Positions 63,582 through 64,000 of a stretch of DNA of 64,000 bases are shown here, in pieces. This stretch comes from Octopus sinensis (Eukaryota), in the NCBI RefSeq assembly GCF_006345805.1, contig NC_042999.1, forward strand, positions 50,344,001 to 50,408,000, in the 5' to 3' direction. A program made the translations under genes and the position numbers. The notes beneath the pieces are model-generated. The model was not told the DNA's origin. It worked only from the letters and a program-made list of their open reading frames with translations, and ran no database searches. Position 1 is the stretch's first letter. The number at the start of each line of letters is the position of its first letter.

Positions 63582-63650
63582 ATATTCCATTCTGATATCT
63601 ATGTTCAAATTGCGACATTCGGCAAACAGAATTTATAGATATCTGACCAT
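63582..63650 (+). CDS. Candidate 69-nt exon (YSILISMFKLRHSANRIYRYLT)
   Basis: TTTCATTTTGGTTATCTTAG acceptor; GTAATT donor at 63651 just before an in-frame stop; phase 2-2. Confidence 0.33.
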
Positions 63651-64000
63651 GTAATTAAATAACCAAACATAACAAGGCCAGAGCTTAATCAAAACAATGA
63701 CCAGGCAGAAAATCCAATATAAAGATTAAGATTAAGACAAGAATCCACAAATACTGCTTCAGAATTGTTGTTGATTAAACTTAGATCGGCTTCAAAGACT
63801 AGCATATTGTGTGGCATATAATTATGCTAGCATGTTATTTTGCTGTTGTTGTTGTTGCTGTTGGGTCCATGGTCAGTCCTAATCAATCACACTTATGTTC
63901 AAAGATGTTCCAGATATGACCAAATTGCCTTTTATTTAGACAGTTTGCCTTAGGTCACATTGCCCAGTATATCTTTCCTTTCTTAAAACAGTAGAACATA

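Overview
AT-rich, repeat-saturated eukaryotic DNA, almost certainly intronic or intergenic. It is most likely an Octopus (coleoid cephalopod) genome; this is inferred from the tRNA-derived SINE families, RTE LINE tails and (TA)n/(TG)n/(ATT)n microsatellite load, not from a database hit. None of the supplied ORFs is an intact gene; most come from SINEs or simple repeats. Supported content: (1) dozens of tRNA-headed SINEs in about 5 families; (2) DNA-transposon derivatives (mariner, pogo/Tigger-like, piggyBac-type TTAA MITEs, non-autonomous Helitrons); (3) LINE relics of three kinds (RTE, R4/Dong-like with REL endonuclease, CR1/L2-group); (4) two Ty3/Gypsy relics, one a full-length ancient provirus (52763-58163) with both LTRs and gag-PR-RT-RH-IN still traceable; (5) a young RTE 3' end whose 3'UTR holds a 14-unit, ~61-bp, two-type hairpin minisatellite; (6) a perfect 60-bp fold-back hairpin at 58323-58456; (7) several short plus-strand candidate exons that may belong to one large unidentified host gene (unproven). 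No rRNA, intact tRNA or CRISPR array was seen. All alignments and translations were done by eye, and repeat boundaries are approximate unless exact termini are quoted.
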